DNA of 64,000 nucleotides from Octopus sinensis (taxonomy: Eukaryota). Below the pieces are notes generated by a model. That model did no database searches. It was not told the DNA's origin and was given only the letters and a program-made list of their open reading frames with translations. A program made the translations under genes and the position numbers. Below are positions 62,982 to 64,000 of the stretch, piece after piece (position 1 is the first letter of the stretch; each line of letters opens with the position of its first letter). The stretch is from NCBI RefSeq assembly GCF_006345805.1, contig NC_043001.1, positions 120,838,001 to 120,902,000 on the forward strand, in the 5' to 3' direction.

Positions 62982-63215
62982 ACCAAAAAAATACTTCGTT
63001 TCATCATGTTATATTTATTTTATTTTTTATTTCTTTGTATGTGTATTCACTGAACTATTTATCAAAAGTGCCTGTTTATTATCATATCTGTGTACCTTAA
63101 TGATGAAGACAGGCTGGTTTAAATATTTCAATATCAGCATATTGATAATAAATGAATTGTCAATATTCAACTGAAATCTCTTTTTTTTTTTTTTCTGTTA
63201 TATACTTTTGGAAAG

Positions 63216-63700
63216 TACAGATGTAGTTGTGTGGTTAAGAAATTTGCTTCCCAATCACATGGTTCTAGGTTTCAGTCCCACTGCATGGCACCTTTGGCAA
63301 ACATCTTCAACATAGGCGTAGGAGTGGCTTGCTTACCAACCACATCGTTCCGGGTTCAGTCCCACTGCATGGCACCTTGGGCAAGTGTCTTCTACTATAG
63401 CCTCGGGCTGACCAAAAGCCTTGTGAGTGGATTTGGTAGACAGAAACTGAAAGAAACCTGTCGTATATATTATGTATATATATATGTGTATGTGTGTGTT
63501 TGTGTGTCTATGTTTGTCCCCCCCAACATCGCTTGACAACCGATGCAGGTGTGTTTACATCCCCATAACTTAGTGGTTCGGCAAAAGAGACCGATAGAAT
63601 AAGTACTAAGCTTACAACGAATAAGTCCTGGGGTTAATTTGCTCAACTAACGGCAGTGCTCCAGCATGGCCACAGTCAAATGACTGAAACAAGTAAAAGT
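63216..63700 (+). mobile_element. SINE family A, degenerate head followed by a near-complete copy
   Basis: Two consecutive heads, microsatellite and tail. Confidence 0.85.
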
Positions 63701-64000
63701 GTATAGCCCCAGATCAAACAAAACTTTGTGAGAGAATTTAGTAGACTGAAACTGACATCACTTCATTGTTATAAATGAATGATATTCACTTGCAGTATTC
63801 TGCAAAAACATGTCTGGCCATGGGGAAACATTGCCTTGCTTGGAAACAGCTAAGCGTTGATGACAGGAAGGGCATTCAGCCATAGAAAATCTGCCTCAAT
63901 AAATTCTGACCAATTCATGCAAGCATAGAAAAATGAATAATAAAATGAAGAGGAGCGGGGCAAAAAGTATGAGATACATGTGTATGTATGTTCATTCATT

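Noticed and set aside
1-64000. CRISPR arrays, rRNA, bona fide tRNA genes, prokaryotic operons
   Set aside because: The sequence is eukaryotic; the tRNA-like segments are SINE heads, and no repeat-spacer array with unique spacers was seen.

Overview
AT-rich, microsatellite- and SINE-dense animal genomic DNA. The repeat content resembles an Octopus-type coleoid cephalopod (inference, not verified). Almost the whole window is one + strand gene encoding a type II regulatory subunit of cAMP-dependent protein kinase (PKA-RII). I can assemble 12 GT-AG coding exons (813-848 through 57999-58129, stop TGA at 58127-58129) into one open frame containing the RRKS inhibitor site, two cyclic-nucleotide-binding domains (GELALMYNVPRAAT and GELALLTHKPRAAT) and the [15 protein letters not shown]-terminus. 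The N-terminal docking/dimerisation exon is not in the window. Nearly all ORF-track entries are artefacts of microsatellites, SINEs or decayed transposons. The introns hold a near full-length but dead Tc1-like element with a DD36E triad, an internally deleted mariner, RTE and CR1/L2 LINE fragments, several tRNA-derived SINE families, TTAA MITEs and a fold-back element with a telomere-repeat spacer. The most interesting unexplained signals are: (i) several short elements, mostly sitting in (TA)n arrays, that carry degenerate minimal hammerhead-ribozyme skeletons, one with an inverted arm starting at the predicted cleavage site; (ii) a non-coding RTE-like element whose 5' end folds as an HDV-like ribozyme; (iii) several long intronic inverted repeats close to the cAMP-binding exons, which are candidate ADAR substrates. 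All ribozyme calls are by-eye folds of degenerate copies and need covariance-model and biochemical tests.
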